Assembly (NCBI RefSeq): GCF_037042905.1
Contig: NC_087251.1
Coordinates: forward strand, 30,754,001-30,818,000
Reading direction: 5' to 3'
DNA from: Lytechinus pictus
Lineage: Eukaryota
DNA: 64,000 nt
Of the stretch, positions 1 to 14,272 are shown in pieces. Below the pieces are notes generated by a model that was given only the letters and a program-made list of their open reading frames with translations, searched no databases and was not told the origin of the DNA. Each line of letters starts with the position of its first letter. The stretch's first letter is position 1. Both the position numbers and the translations under genes were made by a program.

Positions 1-708
1 TGTGTAGACCAACATTGCCCGCGATGCCAACGATGTGTTGGTGTCTGTAGTACAGGCCAACATTGCCCTCGATGCCAACGATGCGATCATATCTGTAGTT
101 GCCTATGTAAACCAACATTGCCCGCCATGGCAACGATGTGTTGGTGTCTGTAGTACATGCCAACAGTGCCCGCGATGCCAACGATGCGATCATATCTGTA
201 GTTTCCTATGTAGACCAACATTGCCCGCGATGCCAACGATGTGTTGGTGTCTGTACTGTAGAGTACAGGCTAACATTGCCCTCGATGCCAACGATGTGAA
301 TGTATCTTTAGTAGGTATAGGCCAACAGCGCCCGCGATGCCAACGATGTGTTGGTGCCTGTAGTAGATGCCAACAGTGCCAACGATGCCAACAATGTAAA
401 TGTATCTTTAGTACGTATAGGCCAACAGCGCCGGCCAGGATGCCAACGATGTGTTGGTGTCTGTAGTATAGGCCAACCTTGCCCGCGATGCCAACGATGT
501 GAATGTATCTTTAGTAGGTATAGGCCAACAGCGCCCGCGATGCCAACGATGTGTTGGTGCCTGTAGTAGATGCCAACAGTGCCAACGATGCCAACAATGT
601 AAATGTATCTTTAGTACGTATAGGCCAACAGCGCCGGCCAGGATGCCAACGATGTGAATATGCCTGTTGTAGAGGCCAACATTGCCGGCGATGCCAACGA
701 TGTGAATA
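1..708. repeat. Satellite-like tandem array, ~40-50 bp degenerate units with core GCGATGCCAACGATGTG; ~203-bp higher-order repeat
   Basis: Core recurs throughout; the segment from ~348 is repeated almost exactly from ~551. The Cys-rich ORFs here are translation artefacts. Confidence 0.9.
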
Positions 709-721
709 TAACCCTAACCCT

Positions 722-772
<51 letters not shown>

Positions 773-815
773 CCCTAAACCCTAAACCCTAACCCTAACC
801 CTAACCATAACCCTA

Positions 816-879
<64 letters not shown>

Positions 880-891
880 CCCTAACCCTAA
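709..891 (+). repeat. Telomere-type (CCCTAA)n array with CCCTAAA variants, interstitial
   Basis: Direct reading; non-telomeric sequence on both sides. Confidence 0.95.
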
Positions 892-2135
892 TTGAATTCA
901 ATTCCCATTGAATTCAATTCCCATTGAATTCCTTCAATGGGAATTAAAACTTTATTTCATATTTTAATGAAGAAAAAATGAAAATATTTCATGTATAAAA
1001 AATACAAAAGAAATAGAGAGTGAATGACATCGATCACCTCACTAACCAGGATATGCATATATTAAACTGTTTTGTGAAACCATACTTTGAAACGCTTGCC
1101 AACGATGTTTTGAATGTTGCATTGCACGGTCACATCGTTGGTCGTTGGCTAGCGGCGCACCCAACGATGTATAGCAATAGCTAGTAGTAGTAGGTAATTT
1201 AAAAGAGTGTATTAATATTGTACTATTGCACCTTCACATCGTGGGTCGTTGGTTAGCCAACGATGTTTTAAATGTTACATGGCACCGTCACATCGTTGGT
1301 CGTTGGCTAGCGATGTTTTGAATATTATATTGCACCGTCCGTACCGTCACAACGTGGGTCGTTGGCTAGCAGCGCACCCAACGATGTTTAATTATAGCTC
1401 TAGTAGTAGTCAAAGGGCAAAGGTCATTACGTATGGCCTGGATGCATTGCTCGTACGTACCGTCATACGTACGTACGTACGTAGTATAGTAGTAGTAGTA
1501 GTACCAGTAATGCATGTACGTATATAATAGTATGGATATATCTAGGCTACATACCATTGAATTAGTATATAGCTATAGGTCTTGACATCGTTGTGTTGGC
1601 TGACCAACGATTGGGTAGTGAGCAGTGTCGGGGTATTCTGCACTGCAGTTAAGCCGATTTTGTGAAATAAGACGAAATTCATGTTAAATCTTAACTCAAA
1701 TTGTTAGGTGCGCAGACTTGGGGCCCACCATCATAAATGACCATCATCATGACCATGGGCATGGCATGACTGGCCGAGATATTTTCCCAAGAAAATCAAT
1801 TATTTCTCTTAATTTTTTTATGAGACTTTTTGCACACTTACTCATAAGAATACAAGGAACATCATCAATTGAAAGATTTTGTAAAATAACAGGAAATTCA
1901 CGTTAAATCTAAACTCAAATCGTTTAGCCTTTAGGTGTGCTGTGTGCAGACTTGAGACCACCAGCCAGTGGTCCACATCACAGCAGCGAGCAGGCGCTCA
2001 GGGCCGGGCGAGCGCCCGGTTAGACAGGATGGGATCGCCAGTGTCATGTCATTTTCATTAACGAAATCTGTAGCTAGTTGCAAGCCGGGGCATTTAACAA
2101 ACTACGAAAAGAAAATCATAGAAAATGGTTATCTA

Positions 2136-2314
2136 ACTTACTGTTTAGCCTACTGCAAATGTCTTCGAAGTCGTTGCCCATATCTAACCCGTATTCTTTA
2201 AGTAGTTGAATTATTAACGGCCTTCTTCGTCACACTTCTCGATCGAGCTCAATAAACTGCAACGCAACGCAAACGGAATTCTTTTCAAATGTTGGCGGTA
2301 AGTGCGCATGCGCA
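2136..2314. promoter_or_regulatory. Candidate CpG-rich promoter: NRF1/P3A2-type palindrome plus two outward-facing splice donors
   Basis: TGCGCATGCGCA at 2303-2314; GTAAGT on + at 2298-2303 and on - at 2141-2136; locally raised CpG content. Confidence 0.4.
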
Positions 2315-2459
2315 AGCCTGTCGCCGCCCACCCCCCCCCCCCTTCTCCCCGGCGAATCAATTTTTAATTTTGATAGGGGGTGAGCTGAGGGGGGTCTAAG
2401 TTATGGGTGTGATAACTTTTTTTGTGTGGTATTTCTGATTTTCAACAGAAGGGCAATAA

Positions 2460-3369
<910 letters not shown>

Positions 3370-3400
3370 TAGTATAGAAGTCACAACATTTGATTTTTGT

Positions 3401-3617
3401 ATACAATAACAAATATTGGGTAAAAGTGCTCCATGAGGGTAATTATTTGTCCAACCAAAATTGGGCATTATTTTGCCCATTCTAAAATTGCTGCTTATTT
3501 TTTAACCTTACTGGACAATATGCTTCCAGCATTGGGTAAAATGCTGCCCCAATTGGTTGGACGTATAATTACTTACCCTCGTGGCTAAAAATTTTACCAA
3601 ATATTTTATACATTGTA
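3401..3617. mobile_element. Small MITE with degenerate TIRs
   Basis: AAATATTGGGTAAAA near the left end versus TTTTACCAAATATTT near the right end. Confidence 0.55.
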
Positions 3618-4410
3618 ATAGTTATGATTCGCTTTGCTCGCCGGCATTTTTTTATATAGATTTTGCCCGATTCGCAATATCTGGACCTCTCAAAAATTTT
3701 GGCCTGCCGCTGTCGTCTCCGTACAAAGTCACCATTGGTATGGTCACTGTGTCATTATCATCTTTATTATCATTAAATATCTTAATCATCGTCATAATGC
3801 CGATGCATCAGCACTTTGAAACACGGATGACTATACAATCTGTTTGTTGATTAAATAAACTTGTTGAAATTCAAGAGTATGACAGTTTGGACATTGTACC
3901 TTTTCATCATTTTAATCCAATACGTCGGCTATATTTCCCGAAATATCTCAAATATACCCAATACTACTCGCGGTATATAATGGCGGGATGCAATAATTTT
4001 ATTTCTGCAACAAAATTTTTACCAAACAATTTGGTATCTAAATCCATTCTTTAATAAAAAAAAAATGTTCTTCGAGTACGACAGTATCTGATGTAGTAAT
4101 TAAAACAATTTCAAGTTTTCTGCATTACCCTTGATACCCGCCCTGCATGTGGATATAGGCCCACACAAGTTCTACTTTGGTAATGTTGTACCAACGGCCT
4201 CATCACTTAGTCATTTTTACTGTATAGTTTCGCAGTACATTTTCAAAAGGACATTTTATATTTCAAATTTCCGTCCTCGGCCATCCCCATATATTCTCCC
4301 TCTTTTTTTTCCTCGGCGAAGGGATTTTTTTTTTAATTTGCTGACAAGGATAAACCTCAAATGACTGAATGTTGTTTATGTCTTATTTTCATTTCCCAGT
4401 AGGTCCTACA

Positions 4411-4515
4411 TTAATAATAATAATAATAATATGCATTTATATAGCGCCAACTATCTAGAAATATTCTATTCCGAGGCGCGATGTTATCATTATTACCCCG
4501 GCATTAGCTCGAGCT
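4411..4515 (-). mobile_element. 3' tail fragment of a SINE/L2-type element
   Basis: Reverse complement resembles the 3' end of the SINE at 51316 (CCGGGGTAAT...GCGCTATA...(TAT)n). Confidence 0.65.
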
Positions 4516-5451
4516 TTCATTCAAGATGGTAAAGGTTCAAAATTCTTTTTTTTTTCTAAATATAGTCACCCAATTAAGGTATGATAAGATGAGACAATCA
4601 ACAAAATATCCTTTCATGGCAAAAACAGCAAAGTTTACATAGAGAAATTTAAAAAATATATTATGTAACATTCAGCAATTAATTCATTTTCAATTGCTGC
4701 ATTACCAGGGCTGCATTACTATTATTACCCAAGATTTCATGCAGCATAGCTGCCAATAAGACGTTCCAGCATTTTTGAGGTACCCATATATTTGACAAGC
4801 AACAAAAAAAAAAGTCTTAAATTTCAAAAGAGGGGGCACACCTCTGTTTTAATGGCATTTTTACATTACATTTTTTTAAATTTTGCTTCTGCATGGATCC
4901 GCGCCTGAGGGGCCAAATATATGGCTTAAAAAAATTGCTAGTGAAGCGAGCAAGCATACATTTGGAGTTTTTTTTTTATTGAAAACCTAATTTTGTGATA
5001 GATCATTAATCAGGATCATCAATTCATAAGTTCTTAGTAATTTCTAGATGATCCTTACTAAATATTCTTTTAAGTGTTCTTAGATATGTCATTTTTTGCT
5101 TTTATATGAAATATTCAACATTTCTCGATTTGTAGGTCTGTTTTTATGAAAGTGGTAGGTAGATGAAGTTTCAATTTAAATTACAATATTGATTTATGAT
5201 TTTCTATAAATTTGTCAAGAATGCAGAAATAAAATAATAATAATAAAACATTAATTGTTATCCCTTGTACAAAATAGTGTTTTGTTTGTATGATTTATTT
5301 TATCTGTTCAAATCATCATTCAGCTTGGAGTAGCTGATTGATGCATTCACTTTTGAATGGGGAGGGGGTGGGGCGCTTAATACTTATAATTTGTTCTTCA
5401 TTTTCCAGCCAATTGTAAAAATAACCTATGGTTTGGGGTATCATTATCACC

Positions 5452-5488
<37 letters not shown>

Positions 5489-6243
5489 TGAGGACCTAGC
5501 TGTGTAGTTCTCCCTAGTTCTGTGATCATAGGAAAGGCAGGCAAGCGCAAACTTCCTACGATTAAAAAATATAGTTTTCTTCATAGCGCACAGGCGAGGC
5601 TTGCGCTGGAAAAGATACGGTAAGCTGCGAATGGAGTTTATTGCGAACCCGTGATGATCAATGAAAACAGTTGTCAATATCAGGGCCAGGGAACCAATGC
5701 TATCTAGATTTGATGGGTACGTATCTCAAAGTTTTATTATGTATGTTCACTAAACTTAAGTTTTGGGAAAACTGATTTAGAGTGTTGCCTTCGCCCTTCT
5801 CGATACAAAACCGATGAAGATGACTCAAAGTGTCAAACCATCGCGCACAGACTGATTGATTGATTTGACTGTGCACATGAATGCAGGCCTATCTATATAG
5901 CGGGTTGGCCTGCATTCATGTGTATTGCGCCTTTTGCGGGCTGTTTATTAATCAATGTTATTGTTACTGTTAGTGTTGAATGTCGTCATGGTCATTGACG
6001 ATTGTTAGTATCACTGATTTTGGGAGATTATCTGAAAAACATATTACACATTTTCAACATCATAAGGTGAAAGATTAGTAGTCACAGCAAAAGATTCAAA
6101 ATATTATTTCATGAGAAAGTCTTTTAGTTTTAAAATAAAATAAAAATAAATCAAGCCAGGTGAATTGTCACAATTTTTAGGCTAACCCAGCCGTCAGGGT
6201 CAGGGAGCTCTGTGTAATATTACTAATACTAGGCAGACATGGC

Positions 6244-7095
6244 TCCCGGGGGGAGGGGGCCAGTACACGTGTGACCAAAAAACGTGATCAAAGGGGTGTT
6301 TTTTCACCTCGTTAAGGGTATCAAAAACACAGATTTTCAAGAAAAAGGGTGGTTTTGAAAGACTGGTCAATGGGTAATCGTGGGGTCAAACGTATTTAGG
6401 GTATATTTTTTCCCCAAAGCTTTTTTTTTATTTTTTAAAGACTAGCCAAACATGTAAAGTTTAGGTTATGTTTTTTCCCCGAGGTCATATTTTGGCAACA
6501 ACTTGTTTAGGGGCCAAAATGTGTATGGCAAGTTCCCCCAAGTCTGCGCAGTCCCCCTTGTCTGCGCACACGCGTATTTGCGCGATTCTAGTAAAAGAAG
6601 ATACGCAACGAACACAGACTTTACACATGCAATACATAGACAGGTATTCATAAAAAAATCTGACTCAAAATGGTGGAAAAATATGAAATTTGGGCATTTC
6701 ATGTGACGGCCTCAAAATGCGGCCTTTCTCATCAAAATCCCTGAATCGTGTGCAAAGTGAATGAGTGCGCAGACATGGGGTACCATTTTTTTTTCAATCT
6801 GAAAATGACTGCCCGAGGTTTTTTCAAGAAAATCCTATATTTTCTTTCATTTTTCAATGAGAAATTTGGTACACTTACTCATGATAATATAAGGAACCTT
6901 ATTAACTGCAAGATTTTGTGAAATAAGAAGAAATTCATGTGAAATCTTAACTCAAATTGTTAGGTGCGCAGACTTAGGGCCCACCATCATAAATAAATAA
7001 AGCCAGCGAAAAACTTGTTTTAGGGGGTTATTTTGCACACAGAAAAAACTTGTTTAGGGGGTGTTTGGAAATTACTTGGTCACGCGTGTGTACAG
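6244..7095. mobile_element. Non-autonomous DNA transposon with a nested TIR element (~6525-6987)
   Basis: Outer GTACACGTGTGACCAA / TTGGTCACGCGTGTGTAC; inner AAGTCTGCGCA / TGCGCAGACTT. The inner right end recurs at ~1660-1735 and ~1780-1960. Confidence 0.7.
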
Positions 7096-7668
7096 CAATA
7101 ACAGGTGCGCCTCTACTGATAAAAGGGGAAAAAATAAATTATGCACTTACCTTGATTATAATATGGATGGATTATTGTGACACATAATCCTGACATCGAG
7201 GCACAAACTGGACCCTAAAAAAAGAGAAAAGTTAGACCTCCATGTCGCGTTCGTTCTCGGTATCAACCGGCCATTTTGTTTTCAATTTTGAAAGAAAGAG
7301 AACGAACGAGACAAAACTTTTCCATTTTTTTGAGGGTCCAGTTTGTGCCAGAGCTCCCTGGCTTATGTTTAGGCCTAAGTTGGATTGGAATCTAGATCTA
7401 TATTGTTTTTCTAACGTTCAGACTCTAGCCTAACTTAGAATAGTATTACGTTAAGATTAAGAGTAAGACCCAGATTTCCTAAGTAGTCTCGGGGCTTCTG
7501 GAGAGTAAAAGTAGTATTACTGACGTAGGCTTACTCTCCATGAAGCCTGGGTCTGCATACCATTGCTTTCCACGCACCGACGAAGTTGGAAACAATAATG
7601 TTGCGCCAAAATACTAGTTATTATTATTTTTTGCTCAAACTTGTGTAAATGGCCTACAATTTTGAAAA

Positions 7669-9385
7669 CCGGTGTTCGACAGCTTTAATTCGATCGAACA
7701 TCGATGCATCGAATTTTGAAGGCGGGGAAATCGAGTCATTTTTTTGTTGCTCCGGCCGTCGCCTCGATGCGCTATGCACGCACTGCATGCACTGATGGTA
7801 TGCGCTGGCGGGGTGAGCGTTGCACAAGCAGATGACGGAGCAAATTTCGTTTGTATTTTCCATCATCACAAAACACAAAAAAGGCCGGGTACCAATGCAG
7901 AATTCTTCCCAAAATATCTCCAACGATGATATTTGCAGATGACAACATATAAGTTTAAAACGAAACAATATAAAAGACATGAATCACGCACAGTCGATCC
8001 GAATGATTTTCGATCAACTAGCACTTGCAGTCCAGACTCGCACAGACCAGCCCCGTACACTCACTCTCCCGAAACGACAGGCGTGCTTGCCAGCGCCAGC
8101 AAACAAGTGCGACCAGTGGAGAGCGCTGTAACTTGCCTGAGATTGTGTAGTTGGCGAGGTAGTTGGATCCAAAATGAGCTCCAAATAAATTGATGGGAAT
8201 AAATACGTAATTTTCTCTGGATGGTCATTTGAATTGCTATTCAATGCTGATATAACGATTGTGAGGAAATATTGTGGAATATGAGTTATGACGATGTTCG
8301 AGAATTAATCCTGATATGATAATCCATTCTTTATTTCAGAGTCAGACACAAGAGCATGCGCTCGAAATAAATACGAATGTCTCGGATCGAGCTCTAAATT
8401 CATGTAAATTATTATTGGATGTTAAATAATTACGATTTAATAAGATTTTATGGCCATACTAAAAATAATGACGATGTCAGCAAAGTATGTTATGTTTATA
8501 TGGAAGAATTAATAGTATTATACTGGCATTATCTTTATTTTTATTCCATCTCTGGACGACGTCTCCGAGCTCCGAGAAAAGAAGCACAATGCGCATGCGT
8601 GTTCGATGACGTATGATATATTTTCAATTCATGAAATCAGAGCCCAAAGTTGGGCACAAACTAGCTTCAAATTGATGGGAAAAAATATCAAACGCAATTT
8701 TCTCTGTTTTGTCATGTAAAATGTTATTATATGGTGATATTACGATCTTGAAAAGAGTTTCTGCATGTTGACAATGTTCGAGAATCAATCCTGACGTGAT
8801 AATTATTTTTTTAGACAAGTGCACTCACTCAAGTCGATCGTCATGTGATGTCCGTCATTGAAAATTGATACGAAATACAAACGTTTCACATCAAGCTCTG
8901 AATTCATGATTATCATATGCAAATTCTTGTTAATTATTACAATTAAATCGTGTTCTATGGTCATGATATTAATATTGTTCATGAAAGCAAGATTTATTTT
9001 ACGTTGATCGCGCCAATTTTCCGGCCATTTTCTGGTTTGATTAAAGCACAGTACTGCGCATGCACGATCGATGGCGACTTCCATTCATGAATTCATCGTG
9101 CATTATCTCTGCATGAGCAGACGAGTAAGACTCGAACTATGATCGAAATAAATTTTTAAATTAAAGGTGAATAGGCATCATAATTACACAATCGGTTTCT
9201 TTTTGGGGGCAATATAAATCAAGTAGACCTGTAGTAGTCAAGTTGGACATTACTGTTTATTTTGATGATTGATTGTGTGAACCAAATGAATCAGCCGGCC
9301 GACGTATTTTTTTTTCCTTTTTTTTTTCGATGCACCGATTTTGCAAAATCTGCACCGGCGCTCGATGACATCGATCGAACACCGA
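7669..9385. mobile_element. Probable CpG-rich non-autonomous DNA transposon remnant
   Basis: CGGTGTTCGA / TCGAACACCG ends, TCGA-rich subtermini, internal diverged duplication ~8190-8360 versus ~8670-8830. Confidence 0.5.
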
Positions 9386-11160
9386 TTTTAAAATCGATTC
9401 GACTCAGGCTTACCAAATATGATTATTTTTTTTCATAAAATGATGTTTAAATTCATTAATATATTAAAAGTAGAGGAGCGTTTACTTATATATGTTGTTG
9501 TCGCCATCTTGCCGTCTTTGTCATCGTAGCCAAAGATACTAGAGGCGTATAGAGGGCGACAATATCATGAGCTGTGCCAACTGAGATAAAAAAAAAAAAT
9601 ACTTGCGTCGATAAATATCATGAATCATAAAATATCATGAAGTGATTTCATGATATTTATTAGCCAATGCAAGTATTTTACAATCCATGATATTTATTTG
9701 CAAGGAGGCAGATATAAGGTAGATGTGTAGAATATTGTGACTCAATAAATTTGTGGTCTTTTAATCTAGTAACTGTCAAAAAAAATTTAAGTTCTTTGGA
9801 AATAGGGTCTGTTAAATTGTATGGAGTGCTGTAATGTGGTTGTATGTGCTAGGAAATATATAGGCCTATTTCAGGTCTAGTATAAGAGGTTATTCTAGGA
9901 GGAGTATGGGGATCAGATACAGTACAAGCAGAAAAATAACATCTTCGTTTACGATGTTTTTTTTTCTCCAAATTTATGCAATAAATAGCACAGATCAGAT
10001 TCCCATGTTTCGATTGGCGACTCTGATTCAATTCGCGTATATATCGGCGAACAACGAATACGACGGTTTTACATTTGCTCATTTGCACCCTTCTTTTGAA
10101 ACCAACCACCCGCGATACACTAAGTTTACGGCCGATTCCTGTCGTGGTGGCGAAATATTTTTACTCTTCCAAATCAGTTCTATGATGTCAACATGCTAAA
10201 TCATCGTCTCACTACTTCCACTGCGAGCTCCGGCACATGATTCGACGATCGACGACGGATATTTGTTCGAAAGCCGTTTCCTATCAGAAACGGGGCGGGT
10301 TCGTGTCTAGTCAAAACAATTTTGATCAATTCTACTAAATTTTTACCCTTTTTTCCTTCTTTTTTTTTTTGTAAAATCTATTCTTACCGTTCCTATGGAC
10401 ACTGTGCCTACTCTCATGCGCGTATCGTTTGTAATACGTAATAATTTTAATGCGCGCAAGGTGGTCGGTTTCAAAAGAGGTGGTCGATATGTGGTGGTCT
10501 CACTATACATGTATTCGTAGATTTTTTGTCATTATTTTGTCTATGAATAGAACTGTAATTGTGAATTTGGTTTTCTCAATATTCTAAGATATAGTAGGGG
10601 AGATCGGTGTTAGTTGGAATGCGGGGTTAGTTGAAACATTGTAATTTTCTTTAACGCCTTTAAATAAATTTATGCAATGCTGCCCTCAATTTATTGCTAT
10701 TATCAACAGCCATCCACCATATTACAGACAACACATGTGCAATAAGCCTGGTGAAGTTAGAAAGGAATTTTTGTTTTTTCACCTGAGAATTTTTTTTATC
10801 TTTCAGAAATTTGTTATTATCTCAGAGAAGTTTATAGATAAAGTTGGCCTGTATAATGGACACTTGTACCAAGCTACAAATTAAGGTTATTAATATGCCA
10901 TGGTGAAGTCTCTTTTTTGTGCTGTAAGCTTATAAATGTCAAATGGGCCTTTGGGGTTATTTGGAACAAAATTGAAGGGGCCAGTTGGAACATGTTCCAA
11001 CTTACCCCAAACATAATTATGAATAAAAACATTGGATATGAGAAAAAAATATATACAGAATTTCACACTCTTCTGAACATGTATTGTATACCATGCTTGT
11101 TTTGTTCTCAGTTAGGTCTGAGTGTGCATTTAAGACCTATTGTAGGCCCCTAATGCAATA

Positions 11161-11790
11161 TTAACCCTTATCAAATTGGGGGGGGGTCAATTTGAGCCCC
11201 CCCCCCTCGACAAATTTCGTCACTGCCGTCACGCTCACTGACTTTTTAACTTTCAAGTCTTGCACATCATTTGAGACCAAATTTGCGATGCCTGGGTGCG
11301 CGGTTTCGAAATTATGCAACATTTTGTACGTGCATGTCGGACCAAAAATTGCTCAAAAACGTGATTCCACGATTCCACGTACAAGGTCAGTGCAAATTGT
11401 GTTTTTCAACCAAAAATCATAAATGTATGATTATTTTTACTTTTGTTGGTTCAAATGGATTTGTTTTATGCTATTTACATGTATGATCGCAAAAGAGTCC
11501 CTGACAAAGTTCATTGGAAAACACACACAAAAAAAGGTTCGAAAAAACAAAGAAATACAAATTTAAAAACAAAAAATACATAAGAAATTATATTTCTTGC
11601 AATTTTTGTGGATATTTGTTATAAAGGTAAAAATTGATACTCTCACCAAAAAGTAGCATTCTACTAGCTTAATAAATGGAGTGAAAGGCAAAAACATACA
11701 CACATAAAAATCAGGGCAAATTTCATATGCTTATTTGCATAATTAAGTAATAAAAAATATAAACAATTAATTTTTATCATGTAAATTTTA
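11161..11790 (+). mobile_element. Truncated piggyBac-like MITE, same family as 58135-58897
   Basis: Starts TTAA|CCCT; shares the TTTGAGACCAAATTT...CGAAATTA.GCAACATTTTGTA.GTGCATGTC.GACCAAAA block. Confidence 0.8.
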
Positions 11791-12540
11791 TGCAGAAGTA
11801 CATGAAATTGCTGATAGAATGATAGAGTGTCCAAACCTGTGGACTTTTCAAAAATATTCTTCAGGCTTAAATTTGCTCACAAAATATTCACAATTTATAG
11901 ATTGTAAACTATAAAATCATTGACGAAAATGTGAAGTAGGTCAAGGGCTTTTGCCGGTATCGCGATCTCAAAGTTCTATTCCGATCGACGAATGCGCGCT
12001 GTGCTGGAAAACCGTTCTGAAAAAGTGTGACCTACATGTAACTTTGCGGACCAAAGTTTTTGAGGAGATTTAAACAAAAAACTTGAGCTCAAAAGGTACA
12101 ATATTTTTATCAGATTGACTACAAAATGTTATAGAATCAGTCAATACCACATTGAACTCACATTTTCGAAGATATCTGCTTGCAAAATGCCGATAGCGTG
12201 ATGCTTGTTGAGAATATCAGATTTCTTCGGAACGGGCGCTAACGGTGACAAATTTGCCGATCTTTTGTCTATATTTTCATGAATACTGAACTTCCTAAAG
12301 AAACTTACGTCAAAGGGTTTATTCAGGTTGCTTTTCACGTTGATGATGTCAGATTTTAACAATGTTGGCTAGTTTTTGAGATAATGACCGTATGCGAAGT
12401 TTGGACTCACTGCCATACACAATTGCATGTAAAATCAAACGCACACAAATAAGCGGAATTCTACTACACAGTCGGCTTGCATGAGTGGCTGTATAATAGA
12501 AAACATAAAGTTCAACAAATCCACTCTTAATATTTTGAAC

Positions 12541-12715
12541 TTGAAAAAAATACTAGTAGGCTAAAACCATGTAATATTACGGTTGTACAAGTAGTTTTAG
12601 TATAATTCTTAATTGACCATGCAGTGTATTGAAAAAAATACTAGTAGGCTAAAACCATGTAATATTACGGTTGTACAAGTAGTTTTATTATAATTCTTAA
12701 TTGACCATGCAGTGT
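12541..12715. repeat. 88-bp direct tandem duplication
   Basis: Two near-identical copies of TTGAAAAAAATACTAGTAGGC...GACCATGCAGTGT. Confidence 0.95.
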
Positions 12716-13644
12716 TCCAACTTACCCCATACCATGTTCCAACTTACCCGTATACCCCCCAAGTTGGAACGCTTGCGATGGTATTGTTCAAGGTGGATTT
12801 TTTCAGTAACCATCATAGAGTAAAAAATTTTATGGGGTACATTTGAAGCCCTTAGATATATGCTTCAAGGTGATATATTGATTATTTCTCAAATAAAATC
12901 TATTTGGATTTTACAGCCATTTTTGTCAAAAATGTTCCAACTATTAAACCCCGATCTCCCTATGTTTGGTTGTAACCATGTGAGTGACATGTCACTAGGC
13001 CTACCTTTTGGAATTCTTGTAACAAGGGAATGACAGTTTTTATGAGGTGAAAATATGTTTGCATCATTTACAAATAAATGATTAATATTTCAAATCCTAG
13101 AGAGCAAGAGCAAGACGACATAATTATTTCTTAGGAAAAGTAATGTCACAAGCACTGATCCATGCAGTACGCTGTGCGTGATGTATCTTGTCGCAGATCC
13201 CTTAGGGCAAGTTTCACACCACCTCAGTTACAAAACTCCCTGTTGAATTATAAGAATTTTTTCAGACTCAAAGGTATCCGATATTTATTCCCACATTCAC
13301 ACTCCCCAAAACATATCCTTCGGGGAAATTTCTCAAAGTTACGAGCATGCTCAGTAAAAGGCAAGGTACTAGATTCTAAATTGCTAGCTCAGCAGCCACT
13401 CACGGCACCTGCACCCAACTACACGCTGGGCTAAGAAAGTTCCTATAAGTTGCTTTCACACTGAAGTACATGCGACCTTGGAAAAATCTGTGCGAAAGTA
13501 ATTTCGTAATTTTGACAAGTACCTACTAGCGGATATTTTCTTTTGGGGATATTACGCGTAATTTGCTTTCACACCGCCCAAATTGCCCAGTATTTTTTGA
13601 TCGGGGAAGATCAGGGCAAATTACCCGATCAGAAAATACCTGGT

Positions 13645-13815
13645 GGGTGTTTCATAAAGCTGTTCGTAAGTTAAGAACGACTTTAAGAACGACTGGTGAA
13701 CCTTTCTTGTGGTGAATGGTATATTGAATTGGCGATGGTTTAGCGCGTAAGAAGGGTTCACCAGTCGCTCTTAAAGTCGCTCTTAACTTACGAACAGCTT
13801 TATGAAACGGCCCCC
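13645..13815. mobile_element. Palindromic Harbinger-like MITE nested in an older element (~13204-13878)
   Basis: Long TIRs GTTTCATAAAGCTGTTCGTAAGTTAAGA; inverted sister copy at 17894-18072. Confidence 0.85.
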
Positions 13816-13965
13816 CGTAACTGACGAACATTGAGGCGGTCTGTACTATGGAACCACCTTTTGGTGTCAAAGGCATCGATTCTCCGTGACACAGTAAAGT
13901 GTCACTTTTTATCAATTTTCTATTTTCTTGCATTTATGCATTCAATAAAGAGCCAAATTGTTGTG

Positions 13966-14272
13966 GAAAAAAGAAGAAGAAGAAGGGGGAGAAGAAGAAG
14001 AAGAAGAAGGGGAAGAAGAAGGAGAAGAAGAAGAGGAAGAAGAAGGAGGAGGATAAGGATAAGGAGAAGGGGGAGGAGACTGTGAGGAGAAGGGGGTGGA
14101 GAAGAAGAAGAAGAAGAAGAAAGAGAAGAACAAGAAGTAGAAGAAGAAGGAGGAGAAGAAGGAAAAGAAGGAGAAGATGGAGGAGAAGGGGTGGAGAAAA
14201 AGAAGGAGGAGAAGGAGAAGAAGAAGAAGGAGGAGGATAGAAGGACAGGAAGGAGAAGGGAAGAAAAGAAAA
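13966..14272. repeat. Polypurine (GAA/GGA)n low-complexity tract
   Basis: Direct reading; source of the poly-R/K/S/L/F ORFs. Confidence 0.95.

Larger units (their letters stand above)
10597..12960. mobile_element. TA-flanked TIR element (Tc1/mariner-pogo-like, non-autonomous) with nested insertions
   Basis: TA|GGGGAGATCGGTGTTAGTTGGAA versus TTCCAACTATTAAACCCCGATCTCCC|TA; internal GTTCCAACTTACCCC repeats; no transposase ORF. Confidence 0.75.

Noticed and set aside
1..708. CRISPR-like repeat-spacer appearance
   Set aside because: The intervening segments are themselves repeated, there are no cas genes, and the context is eukaryotic.
35..760. Cys-rich metallothionein/keratin-like ORFs
   Set aside because: They are translations of the satellite; no splice structure or unique sequence.
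7573..7606. Second hammerhead-like string CCGACGA...GAAAC
   Set aside because: No stem II, and the stem I register is mismatched.
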